Shown: positions 27,348-35,895 of the stretch, in pieces
Position numbering within the stretch: the stretch's first letter is position 1
Layout: each line of letters opens with the position of its first letter
Source of the DNA: a virus
Reading direction: 5' to 3' (one strand)
DNA length: 41,560 nt
IMG/VR virus record: IMGVR_UViG_3300020112_000115
Span: 1-41,560 of that record
Notes under the pieces: generated by a model
The model's database searches: none
Seen by the model: the letters and a program-made list of their open reading frames with translations, nothing else
Told to the model about the DNA's origin: nothing
Translations under genes and position numbers: made by a program

Positions 27348-29524
27348 TGTATTCTATTTATCTTGACGGTCAACTGTTGTTTGACCCCCGTATAGATGAA
27401 ATAGGCGTTACAGCGCCTACTTTGGAACTGGAAGCTAATAAGTTTGGTTCTTTGACGTTTACCATTTACCCAAACCACCCACTTTATGGAAGCATTGACA
27501 AAATCAGTTCTATTCTTACGGTCTATAAGGATGATCTGAAGATTTATCAGTTTAGACCGATTTGGACACAGCGCCAATTCAAAAACGCTATCAAGTATAA
27601 GTGTGAAGAATTGCTTGCCCGTTTGAATGATTTCAAATTCAGACCATTTGAATTTCAGGGTACAATTCAGGAATTTGTTGAATTGGTTCTGGATTCGTAT
27701 AACGCCAAATGTGATACTGGAAAAAAAATCTTTGTTGGCAATATCACGGTTACAGACCCCAATAATTACGTTGCTTATTCAAGTATTGATTATCTGGGGC
27801 ATTGGGAAGTATTGCAAACACGGCTTCAGGCTACACATGGCGGTTATTTCAAGGCAAGATACACCCAAAGCGGTATTTACCTTGATTATGTCAATGCTGA
27901 AGATTTGGACACGTCAACACAGGTCATTGAATTTGGTGAAAACCTTACTGATCTGTTTATAGAAACCGATTCCAAAGAAACGTTTTCGGTGCTGATTCCT
28001 TTGGGCGCTGAAATTGAAGCGTATGATGAACATGGTGACCCGATAAGAAAGCGCTTAACGGTTGAAACCGTGAATCAAAATAAGGATTACATTGAAAACA
28101 GTTCTGGAATTGCTTTGTATGGTCGGCGTGAAACATCAAAGATTTGGGATGATGTTACCATTGCTTCAAACCTGTTGACTAAAGGACGGGAATACCTTGA
28201 TACTATAGCGGTCAAGTTTTCCGAAACGGTTGAACTTTCGGCGGTTGATCTTCATAACGCCAACGCTGAAATTGAAACGTTCAACTTCCTTGAATGGGTT
28301 CAGGTCAGAAGTACGGTTCACAACCTTTCTGAATCTTACGTTCTGGAAAAAGCTAATATTCCGCTTGGTTCACCCGATTCGTCTAAAATTACACTTGGCG
28401 CTGTAAAACGTACATTGACAGATAAAATTCATTCTGATTCAAGTGATATGAAAGAATCACTTGATAAGATTGAAAGAAAGATAGAAACTATTCCGTTGCC
28501 TGATAACATGGTTGTTTCGGTTGATCTGGAATATTATCTTTCAACTTCAATGACACAGCTTCAAGGCGGTTCATGGTCAACCGTTGCTCCTGAATGGACT
28601 GAAGGAAAGTATATGTGGTCAAGGGTCAAGACCGAATATGAAGATGGTACTGTTACCACTTCAGACCCTACCTGTATTGCTGGCGCTAAAGGTCAAAACG
28701 GGCGTGACGGTCAAGATGGACAGAATGGGCGTGATGGTGTTGACGGTCAGGATGGTGCTGACGGGCAAGATGGTCAAGATGGCGTTGACGGTCAGGATGG
28801 TGTTGGTGTAACAAGTATTGATGATGAATTTTACTTGTCTACATCTAAAGTAACCCCAACGGGTGGTGAATGGACTTCCACACCCCCAACGTGGGAAGCT
28901 AATAAATACATCTGGGTAAGGTCGGTAATCACTTATTCCAACGGGAATGTTGAATATACAACGCCTTATTGTGATTCGTCATGGGAAGCGGTCAACGGTC
29001 TTAGGGATGAAGTTGATCTGGATTTGAATGAAATCATTCAGTCAATCAATGAACAGGAAGAAACCTTAACGGCTGTTATTGGTTCAACTGAAACTTCAAT
29101 CTTACAGACGGTGCTTCAGAACTATGTTGGAAAAGGTGAATACACAACCTACAAACAGACGGTTGGAACACAGATTCAACAGACAAAGGATGATCTGACC
29201 CTTACCGCCCAAAACCTTCAAACCTATGTTGATTCGTCAACAGGTGAAATCAGGCAGTTTGTAAACGGTGTTCAAACCTACATGAGATATTCAACAAATG
29301 GTTTGGAATTGGGCGCTGTTGGTTCAGCATTCAAAACCAAAATAAGCAATGAAAAGATTTCCTTCCTTCAGGACGGTGAAGAAATTGCTTATATCAGTAA
29401 CCGTAAGTTGTATATCACAGAAGCACAAATTACACAGCGCCTTTTGTTCGGTGTTGGTGATACTGAATTGTTTGCGTGGGTTACAACGGAAACAGGCTAT
29501 GGCTTGAAATGGATTGGAAGCTAA
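27347..29524 (+). CDS. Tail-associated protein (Tal / prophage tail endopeptidase family) with collagen-like stalk
   Basis: N-terminus 'MYSIYLDGQLLFDPRIDE...LELEANKFGSLTFTI' is typical. TAATG overlap with Dit. Confidence 0.75.
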   Translation: MYSIYLDGQLLFDPRIDEIGVTAPTLELEANKFGSLTFTIYPNHPLYGSIDKISSILTVYKDDLKIYQFRPIWTQRQFKNAIKYKCEELLARLNDFKFRPFEFQGTIQEFVELVLDSYNAKCDTGKKIFVGNITVTDPNNYVAYSSIDYLGHWEVLQTRLQATHGGYFKARYTQSGIYLDYVNAEDLDTSTQVIEFGENLTDLFIETDSKETFSVLIPLGAEIEAYDEHGDPIRKRLTVETVNQNKDYIENSSGIALYGRRETSKIWDDVTIASNLLTKGREYLDTIAVKFSETVELSAVDLHNANAEIETFNFLEWVQVRSTVHNLSESYVLEKANIPLGSPDSSKITLGAVKRTLTDKIHSDSSDMKESLDKIERKIETIPLPDNMVVSVDLEYYLSTSMTQLQGGSWSTVAPEWTEGKYMWSRVKTEYEDGTVTTSDPTCIAGAKGQNGRDGQDGQNGRDGVDGQDGADGQDGQDGVDGQDGVGVTSIDDEFYLSTSKVTPTGGEWTSTPPTWEANKYIWVRSVITYSNGNVEYTTPYCDSSWEAVNGLRDEVDLDLNEIIQSINEQEETLTAVIGSTETSILQTVLQNYVGKGEYTTYKQTVGTQIQQTKDDLTLTAQNLQTYVDSSTGEIRQFVNGVQTYMRYSTNGLELGAVGSAFKTKISNEKISFLQDGEEIAYISNRKLYITEAQITQRLLFGVGDTELFAWVTTETGYGLKWIGS
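28682..28807 (+). repeat. Collagen-like G-X-Y repeat (about 14 triplets)
   Basis: GAKGQNGRDGQDGQNGRDGVDGQDGADGQDGQDGVDGQDGVG. Confidence 0.9.
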
Positions 29525-29539
29525 AGGGGGTGGCTTTGA

Positions 29540-31603
29540 ATGTCTAACACATTAGAACTTACCGCTTCCAGTATGGCAAGCTATCAAACTTCATGGTATC
29601 ATACTGGGGAAATCATTCAAGGTTACTACAATAACAGCACAACCAAAATCTATTTCGGTTATTGCTGGTTTTCAAATGCTGATCTTCAAAGACTTAGAAA
29701 CACTATTGATAGTAGTGTTCAGGTTGAAAAGGTCGAAATCTATTTCCAACGTGCAAGCAGTTCACACGGTTCAGATGCGGCAACGGCTGTTCAGATAAAC
29801 AATACAACCCGTTCGGGTGCAAGTGGAACACCTTCCACTTCAGAACTTTCTAACGGGCTTGTAATCGGTTCTTTCACCCGTGGTCAAGCTAAGTGGTGTA
29901 CCATAAATGAAAGGCTGTTAAACGGGCTTCTGAACGGTCAGAACGGATTCTGTTTCTATCACAGTTCCGCAACGGCTTCAGGCAGTTGGAACTATTATGT
30001 CAGGTCTACCACATTACCGAAAATCAGAATTACTTACAGTATTCGGTATTCGGCTATTGAAACGGATGTTGATAAGGTCAATTTTGGTTCGGCTATCACA
30101 ACCACAATTAGCCCGAATGACCCGACTTTTTCCCATATTCTGACTTATCAGGTTGGGAGTTATTCAAACACCTTCACCCTTGCGGCTGGAAACCTTCAGC
30201 ATAACTTCACAGTTCCCCCGTCATGGATTAGCGCTATACCTGATGCGGTCATTGGCTATATGACTATTTCGTGTGCAACCTATGATTCTGGTGGGGTTCT
30301 GATCGGTACTGAAACCCTTCAGGTTGAAGTTGATGTTCCTTCAAGCGTTGTTCCAACGGCTGGTTCAATCACGTTGACAATCAACGGTGATACAACTGGT
30401 TGGGGCGTTGCTATCGTGGATAAAACCACAATCACAGCGGCGCTTTCTGGTTATAATGGTGTATATGGTTCAACTGTTGTGGGTTATACCTTATCAGGCG
30501 GCAACTATACATCAATCAATGAAAACCTGTTGGTGGCAAGTCTTGAAGCTGGTACGCTGACTGTAACGGGTACGGTAACGGATTCAAGAGGTAGACAAGC
30601 AACCGTAACCAAAAGCATTACCGTTTACGACTATTTACCGCCTTTCTTTCAGTCTTTGGAAGTTGGACGGTGTAATTCTTTAGGTACGCTTTCAAGTGAT
30701 GGTCATTATGCAAGAATCAGGGGTATCTTTGATTATTCGTCTGTTGGTGAACACAATACGGTCACTTGTTCCATACGCTACACTTGCATTTCAACAGGTG
30801 AAACCTATAGCGCTGGTAATCTTACAAGCGGCGTTACTAAGCTGATTGGTAACGGTGATCTGTCAAGTGATGAAGAATATGATATTGAATTCACCCTTAC
30901 AGATGGGCTTCAGTCTGTTACTTATGTAAGGCATATCAATAGTTCCGCTTATGCTATCCACTTCAAAAACGGTGGGCGTGGCGTTGCCTTTGGTCAGGCG
31001 GCTACAGAAGATGAAACTGTTAGGGTTCATAGGGATTGGCATTTCTATGTTGGAAATGACTTAGATTTGGCAAACCTTACCCCTGAAGATATTCATGCTT
31101 CCAATGAAAACCATACCCATAGTTTAGGGGATGAAAATATAACGGGAATGTTGCCCCCTGCAAAGTTGGCTTCTACCAATGCAGAAGCGGCGGCGGTTGT
31201 GGCGGTGCTGAAAACGGCTATTGTGGATGCTATTTACCCCGTTGGTTCAATCTTCATTACCGCTGGAAATGATAACCCGAACACTACCTTGGGTGGAACG
31301 TGGGAAAGAGTTAAAGACAAATTCCTTCTTTCCGCTGGTGATACTTATTCCGCTGGTAGTAAAGGCGGTTCAGCTTCCAGTTCCCATAAACACGGTTCAC
31401 CTGTTGCGTATAACAGTAGTACGGTTGGCTTTGTGAACGTGAATGGTACTTATTCAAGCGGTAACGGTAAAGCCTACAGAACCGCCAATACAGACCATTC
31501 AGGCACATTAAGCGCTAACGTTACTGTTGGCTATACCACAAACACTTCAGTTGATACAATGCCCCCTTATTTGGTGGTAAATGTATGGAAACGGACAGCA
31601 TAG
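29540..31603 (+). CDS. Tail fibre / receptor-binding protein (DUF859-like middle, collar-type C-terminus)
   Basis: The middle region is DUF859-like. The C-terminus has the collar-type motif 'IYPVGSIFIT...GGTWERV...GG..S.HKH'. Confidence 0.65.
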   Translation: MSNTLELTASSMASYQTSWYHTGEIIQGYYNNSTTKIYFGYCWFSNADLQRLRNTIDSSVQVEKVEIYFQRASSSHGSDAATAVQINNTTRSGASGTPSTSELSNGLVIGSFTRGQAKWCTINERLLNGLLNGQNGFCFYHSSATASGSWNYYVRSTTLPKIRITYSIRYSAIETDVDKVNFGSAITTTISPNDPTFSHILTYQVGSYSNTFTLAAGNLQHNFTVPPSWISAIPDAVIGYMTISCATYDSGGVLIGTETLQVEVDVPSSVVPTAGSITLTINGDTTGWGVAIVDKTTITAALSGYNGVYGSTVVGYTLSGGNYTSINENLLVASLEAGTLTVTGTVTDSRGRQATVTKSITVYDYLPPFFQSLEVGRCNSLGTLSSDGHYARIRGIFDYSSVGEHNTVTCSIRYTCISTGETYSAGNLTSGVTKLIGNGDLSSDEEYDIEFTLTDGLQSVTYVRHINSSAYAIHFKNGGRGVAFGQAATEDETVRVHRDWHFYVGNDLDLANLTPEDIHASNENHTHSLGDENITGMLPPAKLASTNAEAAAVVAVLKTAIVDAIYPVGSIFITAGNDNPNTTLGGTWERVKDKFLLSAGDTYSAGSKGGSASSSHKHGSPVAYNSSTVGFVNVNGTYSSGNGKAYRTANTDHSGTLSANVTVGYTTNTSVDTMPPYLVVNVWKRTA

Positions 31604-31617
31604 AAAGGATGATGTAA

Positions 31618-33132
31618 ATGCTTACAGGTACGCAGTTGAACAGGATTATTACCGCCCTTGGCGGTAATGTCCTTAACCTTCCCGATGATCTGTATTCTAC
31701 AAAACTGGAAGTTATCATTCAGCTTTTGGGTGCTAAAGGCGGCGTTATTCCCCGTCTGGATGAACTGGAAGTTGAAATGTACAAACTTCAGCTTATTTCG
31801 GGTTATACGATTGATGAAAGCATTGCTGGATTGGTCGTTGATTACCTTAATAAGTCTTTCACCCGTATTCAGGGTGCGGCAGGACTTACCGCTGGTACGG
31901 CGTTTAACAAGTGGGCTATGTTCGGTGGTCGTATGCGCTGTAATGTTGCCGATGATGGAACTATTAACGCATGGTTCGGGGATGCCGATTATGCCGAAGA
32001 TGGTTCTAACGGTCAGGTTATGATTTATCAGCCCAAAGTGTACTATTGCAGAGTACCCATTAGGCTTGAAAAAGCTGATCTGGGCTATCATATCCGCAAA
32101 GAAGCGCTTCTGGTTTCTGATACCCCCAAAGCTGGTTTCAAACTTCACCCTGCATTTTATGATGCAAACGGTAATGAAGTTGATTACATCATGTTCAGCG
32201 CCTATGAAGGTTGCGTGTTTGATGTATCGGCTAACGCCTATGTGCTGAATGATGCACAAACCACAGATTTCAACGCTGACAAAATCTGTTCTATTGCAGA
32301 TGCTAAACCTATGTCGGGTCTTTCACAGAACCTTACAAGACCTAACGTTGAAAAGCTGGGTCAGAATCGTGGTGCTAACTGGCATGGCGAATTTATTCAG
32401 CTTACTTCCCTGAATCAGCTTCTTATGACGGTTGAACTTGGAACGCTGAATACCCAAACCGCTATTGAAAGCGGCGTTACTGGTATCACGGATAACAGCG
32501 CTTATAACTGTTCTTCCCTTACTGGTAGCACTTCCACCCTTGGAAACGCTACAGGTGCGGCAACCACTACCATTAACGAAATTGGCGGTGTTGAAACCGA
32601 ATATAGCGTTGCTGGTAAGCGGTCTGTTTCTTACCGTGGCATGGAAAACCCGTGGGGTAACTTGTGGAAGTTCGTGTATGGTATCAACATTCACGGTAAC
32701 GGTTCGCAGGGCGGCGGTATTCCGTACATCTGTACTGATTTCAACTTTGCAGAATCTAAGAATTCTGGAAACTATGAAAGCGCTGGTTTCCAGATGACTA
32801 ACGTAAGCGGCTATATTTCCGCTTTCGGATATGGTGAAGAAAAGTATGATTGGCTTTTCATTCCGTCTGAATGTGGTCAGAACGGCGCTAATTCCACTTT
32901 GCCCGTTGGTGATTATACCTATGTAACCGCTGACCTGAATGGCTACAGGATTGCTTATCTCGGCGGTAAGTGGAATGGTGGTGCTGGTGATGGCGCTTTC
33001 TGTTGGGATTGTAATGGCGGGGTCGGTCATCGTCATCGGACTGTCGGCGGTCGGTCGGCGTATGTACCTGTTGCCAACAGCGCTTCCCATGATGCGGCTG
33101 TTCTGGCGTGGGAAACTAAAATGGCGGCTTAA
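31618..33132 (+). CDS. Tail fibre / receptor-binding protein with C-terminal C-type-lectin-like variable region (DGR target)
   Basis: The C-terminus 'YLGGKWNGGAGDGAFCWDCNGGVGHRHRTVGGRSAYV' has the GGxWxxGxxxGxF...G.RS pattern of DGR variable proteins. It contains the VR. Confidence 0.8.
   Translation: MLTGTQLNRIITALGGNVLNLPDDLYSTKLEVIIQLLGAKGGVIPRLDELEVEMYKLQLISGYTIDESIAGLVVDYLNKSFTRIQGAAGLTAGTAFNKWAMFGGRMRCNVADDGTINAWFGDADYAEDGSNGQVMIYQPKVYYCRVPIRLEKADLGYHIRKEALLVSDTPKAGFKLHPAFYDANGNEVDYIMFSAYEGCVFDVSANAYVLNDAQTTDFNADKICSIADAKPMSGLSQNLTRPNVEKLGQNRGANWHGEFIQLTSLNQLLMTVELGTLNTQTAIESGVTGITDNSAYNCSSLTGSTSTLGNATGAATTTINEIGGVETEYSVAGKRSVSYRGMENPWGNLWKFVYGINIHGNGSQGGGIPYICTDFNFAESKNSGNYESAGFQMTNVSGYISAFGYGEEKYDWLFIPSECGQNGANSTLPVGDYTYVTADLNGYRIAYLGGKWNGGAGDGAFCWDCNGGVGHRHRTVGGRSAYVPVANSASHDAAVLAWETKMAA
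32949..33064 (+). repeat. DGR variable repeat (VR)
   Basis: 116-bp match to 33210..33325. All 25 mismatches fall at template adenines. Confidence 0.85.
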
Positions 33133-33209
33133 ATAGCCGTGATTTTCGGTTAAGTAAATCGCTGATTATTCAGGATAGAAGTTACATCATATAAGTAAAA
33201 AATCTTTTT

Positions 33210-33325
33210 AATTGCTTATATCGGCAGTAAATGGAATAATGGTACTAATGATGGCACTTTCTATTGGAATTGTAATAACAGGGTCAGTAATCGTAATCGG
33301 AATATCAGCGGTCAGTCAGCAAATG
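33210..33325 (+). repeat. DGR template repeat (TR), non-coding
   Basis: Rich in AAY codons in the VR-equivalent frame (7 aat, 1 aac). Of its 39 adenines, 25 differ in the VR. None of the 77 non-A positions differs. Confidence 0.85.
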
Positions 33326-33340
33326 CAAGTATATCCTGAA

Positions 33341-33363
33341 GGGGTAGGTTTCTGATCTACCCC
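33341..33363 (+). other. Hairpin 16 nt downstream of the TR
   Basis: ggggtag-gtttctgat-ctacccc. Confidence 0.6.
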
Positions 33364-33526
33364 TTTCACCAACTGATTACTTAACCGTGGCACTTGTCAA
33401 AACACACTACTACCTTGGCTGGCTGGTTCATTGCAACGGTCAAAACCTATTCAGGAAATACTTCTTACCGTTGAAACCCTATGTGGAACAATACTATAAA
33501 ACCGTTATAAAGGGGGTTAAACTTGA

Positions 33527-33799
33527 ATGATTTCTTATGGTCGTACAAGAAGTGATACTGAACCTATGACGGTGCAGATTACCGAAACAAAGGTTTTTGT
33601 TGCTTCCAACGCTGAACAGTATTCTGAAGTGATCGAAGGGAAAACCGTGACTGGTTGGGAATTTGATTACACGGAATACGAAAAGAACGAATACATTCAG
33701 GCGTTGAAAACCGAAAATGAAACGCTTGAAGCTAACATTACCAACACACAGCTTGCCTTGTGTGAAGTCTATGAACTGATTTGTGGGGGTGTGCTGTAA
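33527..33799 (+). CDS. Hypothetical tail-associated protein
   Basis: ATG follows 'aaaggggg'. The coiled-coil C-terminus 'ALKTENETLEANITNTQLALCEVYE' resembles XkdW-like proteins. Confidence 0.55.
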   Translation: MISYGRTRSDTEPMTVQITETKVFVASNAEQYSEVIEGKTVTGWEFDYTEYEKNEYIQALKTENETLEANITNTQLALCEVYELICGGVL

Positions 33800-33918
33800 T
33801 GGCAAGAATTTACGCAAACCTTATTTTGAAAGGTCTGAAAACCATTGAAGATGTTCCTGCAAACTTGCGCGAAGAAGTTCAGCGTATTCTTGATGAATAC
33901 ATTAACATGGGTGCTTGA
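33799..33918 (+). CDS. Small protein (39 aa), CD1375-like, paralogue 1
   Basis: MARIYANLILKGLKTIEDVPANLREEVQRILDEYINMGA. TAATG overlap with the upstream gene. Confidence 0.55.
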   Translation: MARIYANLILKGLKTIEDVPANLREEVQRILDEYINMGA

Positions 33919-33937
33919 AAGATTGGGGGTTGAAAAT

Positions 33938-34063
33938 ATGGCTATCGTTTATGCAACGCTTATTGTGAAGGGTGCTAAGAACTTTGCAGATGTTCCCGAA
34001 AGACTGAAGGAACAGGTTCGTGAAATCCTTGAAGCGCTGGATTGCCCTGAATTGGCTGAATAA
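33938..34063 (+). CDS. Small protein (41 aa), CD1375-like, paralogue 2
   Basis: MAIVYATLIVKGAKNFADVPERLKEQVREILEALDCPELAE. RBS 'gggggttgaaaat'. Confidence 0.55.
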   Translation: MAIVYATLIVKGAKNFADVPERLKEQVREILEALDCPELAE

Positions 34064-34108
34064 GGCGCTTCTGGTTTTACCCTATAAACTTCATCATGTA
34101 AATCCGTC

Positions 34109-34150
34109 AAGCCCCTGTAATCGGCTGGAAATGCCTTACAGGGGCTTTTG
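34109..34150 (+). terminator. Hairpin / possible terminator
   Basis: aagcccctgtaa ... ttacaggggctt followed by ttg. Confidence 0.5.
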
Positions 34151-34174
34151 ACGTGTAGAAAGTAGGAACAGAAA

Positions 34175-34495
34175 ATGAATTTGTATCAGGTTCTTTGTCT
34201 GATCGGTGTACCGTCTATGTTTATTGCCCTGTTCGGCTTCCTTTGGGCTAAGTTGAAAAACTACAATAAGGAAACCAAAGCCCTGAAGCTGGGTGTTCAG
34301 GCGCTTCTTAGGGCGCAGATGATAAACGACTATAACCAATGGTCAGAAAAAGGTTATGCCCCGATTTATGCCCGTGAAAACTTTGAAAACTGTTGGAAAC
34401 AGTATCACGGGTTAGGGGCTAATGGGGTTATGGATGATATTCACAATAAGTTTATGGCGCTTCCTACCCCGAAAAACGATAATAAGAAAGGATGA
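34175..34495 (+). CDS. Lysis-associated membrane protein (putative holin component)
   Basis: Single N-terminal TM helix. Lies directly upstream of the holin and endolysin. Confidence 0.5.
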   Translation: MNLYQVLCLIGVPSMFIALFGFLWAKLKNYNKETKALKLGVQALLRAQMINDYNQWSEKGYAPIYARENFENCWKQYHGLGANGVMDDIHNKFMALPTPKNDNKKG

Positions 34496-34500
34496 TCTGT

Positions 34501-34707
34501 ATGACTAATTTCAAGGCATGGTTCAAGGCGGCTGGTATTCGTGCTATCAAAACGATTGCACAAACGGCGGTTGCCACTATCGGAACTTGCGCTATCATTT
34601 CTGAAGTGAATTGGCTTCAGGTCGGTTCAGCGGCGCTTCTGGCTGGTGTTCTTTCCCTGCTTACTTCTGTTGCTGGACTGCCTGAAGTGAAGGATGGTGA
34701 ACAGTAA
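34501..34707 (+). CDS. Holin (LL-H-like)
   Basis: 'AGIRAIKTIAQTAVA' plus two TM segments. Immediately precedes the endolysin. Confidence 0.7.
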   Translation: MTNFKAWFKAAGIRAIKTIAQTAVATIGTCAIISEVNWLQVGSAALLAGVLSLLTSVAGLPEVKDGEQ

Positions 34708-35696
34708 TGACGGGCGCTGAAAGAATCGTTGCACAGGCTTCTAAATGGGTTGGTTATCTGGAAAAGAAGTCTAACAGTCAGCTTGACGATTTTACCGCCA
34801 ACGCTGGAAGCAATAATTACACCCGTTTCAACCGTGACCTGATTTCTTACAAACAGGGTATTGGCGCTCAACCTATGGAATGGTGTGCGGCTTTCGTTTC
34901 CTGTTGCTTTGTGTATGAATTCGGTCTGGAAGTGGCTAAACAGCTTCTTTGTGGTGGACTTCATTGCTACACCCCTTCAGGCGCTAACTACTTCAAGAAA
35001 AAGGGTCGTTACATCAAACGTGGTTCTGGAAAACCGAAGGTTGGTGACGTAATTTTCTTCTATTCCAGTTCCAAAGGGCGTATTGGTCATGTTGGCATTG
35101 TGTATAAGGTTTCTGGTTCAACCGTGTACACCATTGAAGGTAACACTTCTGGGGCTAACACTCTGATTACCAACGGTGGCGGCGTAAAGAAGAAATCTTA
35201 TTCCATGAGTTCCACCTATATTGATGGTTATGGTTCGGTGGATTATTCCATTGTTGACGGTGGAACGCCTGTAACCCCGACTGAAACCCCTGATCTGAAG
35301 AAGGGCGCTGAAGGTATCTATGTTGAGAAAATGCAGAAACTTCTTCTGGATTGGAATAAGGACTGTTTACCGAAATATGGCGCTGATGGGGACTTTGGAA
35401 CGGAAACCGAAAACGCTGTAAAGGCTTTCCAGTCTGAAAAGAAGTTGACCGTGAACGGTGTTTGCAATGCTGAAACGTGGGCGGCGCTGGGTGCAGATTC
35501 TTCTAAGCTGGTTCTGATTACGGGCGGTTCGGTGTATATCAGAACGGGCGCTGGTACTGGAAATAAGTCTATTGGCATTGTTCATAAGGGTGAAACTTAC
35601 CCCTATGTGAACACGGCTTCTAACGGCTGGTTTGAAGTGAAATACCTGAATGGTACAGCGTTTGTTTCCAACAAATACGCTAAGATTCAGGGATAA
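34707..35696 (+). CDS. Endolysin: CHAP/NlpC-P60-type amidase plus PG_binding_1 plus SH3-like domain
   Basis: Catalytic 'WCAAFVSCCF' and 'GHVGIVY...IEGNTS'. PG-binding block 'GADGDFGTETENAVKAFQ'. The C-terminus is SH3-like. Confidence 0.85.
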   Translation: MTGAERIVAQASKWVGYLEKKSNSQLDDFTANAGSNNYTRFNRDLISYKQGIGAQPMEWCAAFVSCCFVYEFGLEVAKQLLCGGLHCYTPSGANYFKKKGRYIKRGSGKPKVGDVIFFYSSSKGRIGHVGIVYKVSGSTVYTIEGNTSGANTLITNGGGVKKKSYSMSSTYIDGYGSVDYSIVDGGTPVTPTETPDLKKGAEGIYVEKMQKLLLDWNKDCLPKYGADGDFGTETENAVKAFQSEKKLTVNGVCNAETWAALGADSSKLVLITGGSVYIRTGAGTGNKSIGIVHKGETYPYVNTASNGWFEVKYLNGTAFVSNKYAKIQG

Positions 35697-35702
35697 GGCG
35701 CT

Positions 35703-35722
35703 GTTACTAACGTGTTACTAAC
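35703..35722 (+). repeat. Tandem GTTACTAAC x2 (11-bp phasing), copy 1
   Basis: gttactaacgtgttactaac. 18 of these bases recur at 35878..35895. Confidence 0.85.
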
Positions 35723-35835
35723 CACCCCGAATTTCAGCGTTTTCAGACGTTATTAAATACCGAAAAAACCCTGAAAATAGGCTTATATCAGGCATTTACA
35801 TAGCGGCTGAATCATGGTATAACAATTCTGGCATA

Positions 35836-35875
35836 GCCCGAAACCCTGTATTTTACGGGGTTTCGGGCGTTTTTT
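35836..35875 (+). terminator. Intrinsic terminator of the late/lysis operon
   Basis: gcccgaaaccc ... gggtttcgggc followed by gtttttt. Confidence 0.8.
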
Positions 35876-35895
35876 GATACTAACGTGTTACTAAC
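35876..35895 (+). repeat. Tandem (A/G)TTACTAAC x2, copy 2 (overlaps the integrase stop codon)
   Basis: gatactaacgtgttactaac. Confidence 0.85.

Noticed and set aside
31567-33090. Minus-strand ORFs 31567..32259 and 32323..33090, checked as possible hidden reverse transcriptase or Avd genes
   Set aside because: They are antisense to the DGR target gene. They have no RT motifs (no YxDD, no IGxxxSQ-like block), no RBS, and shadow-ORF composition.
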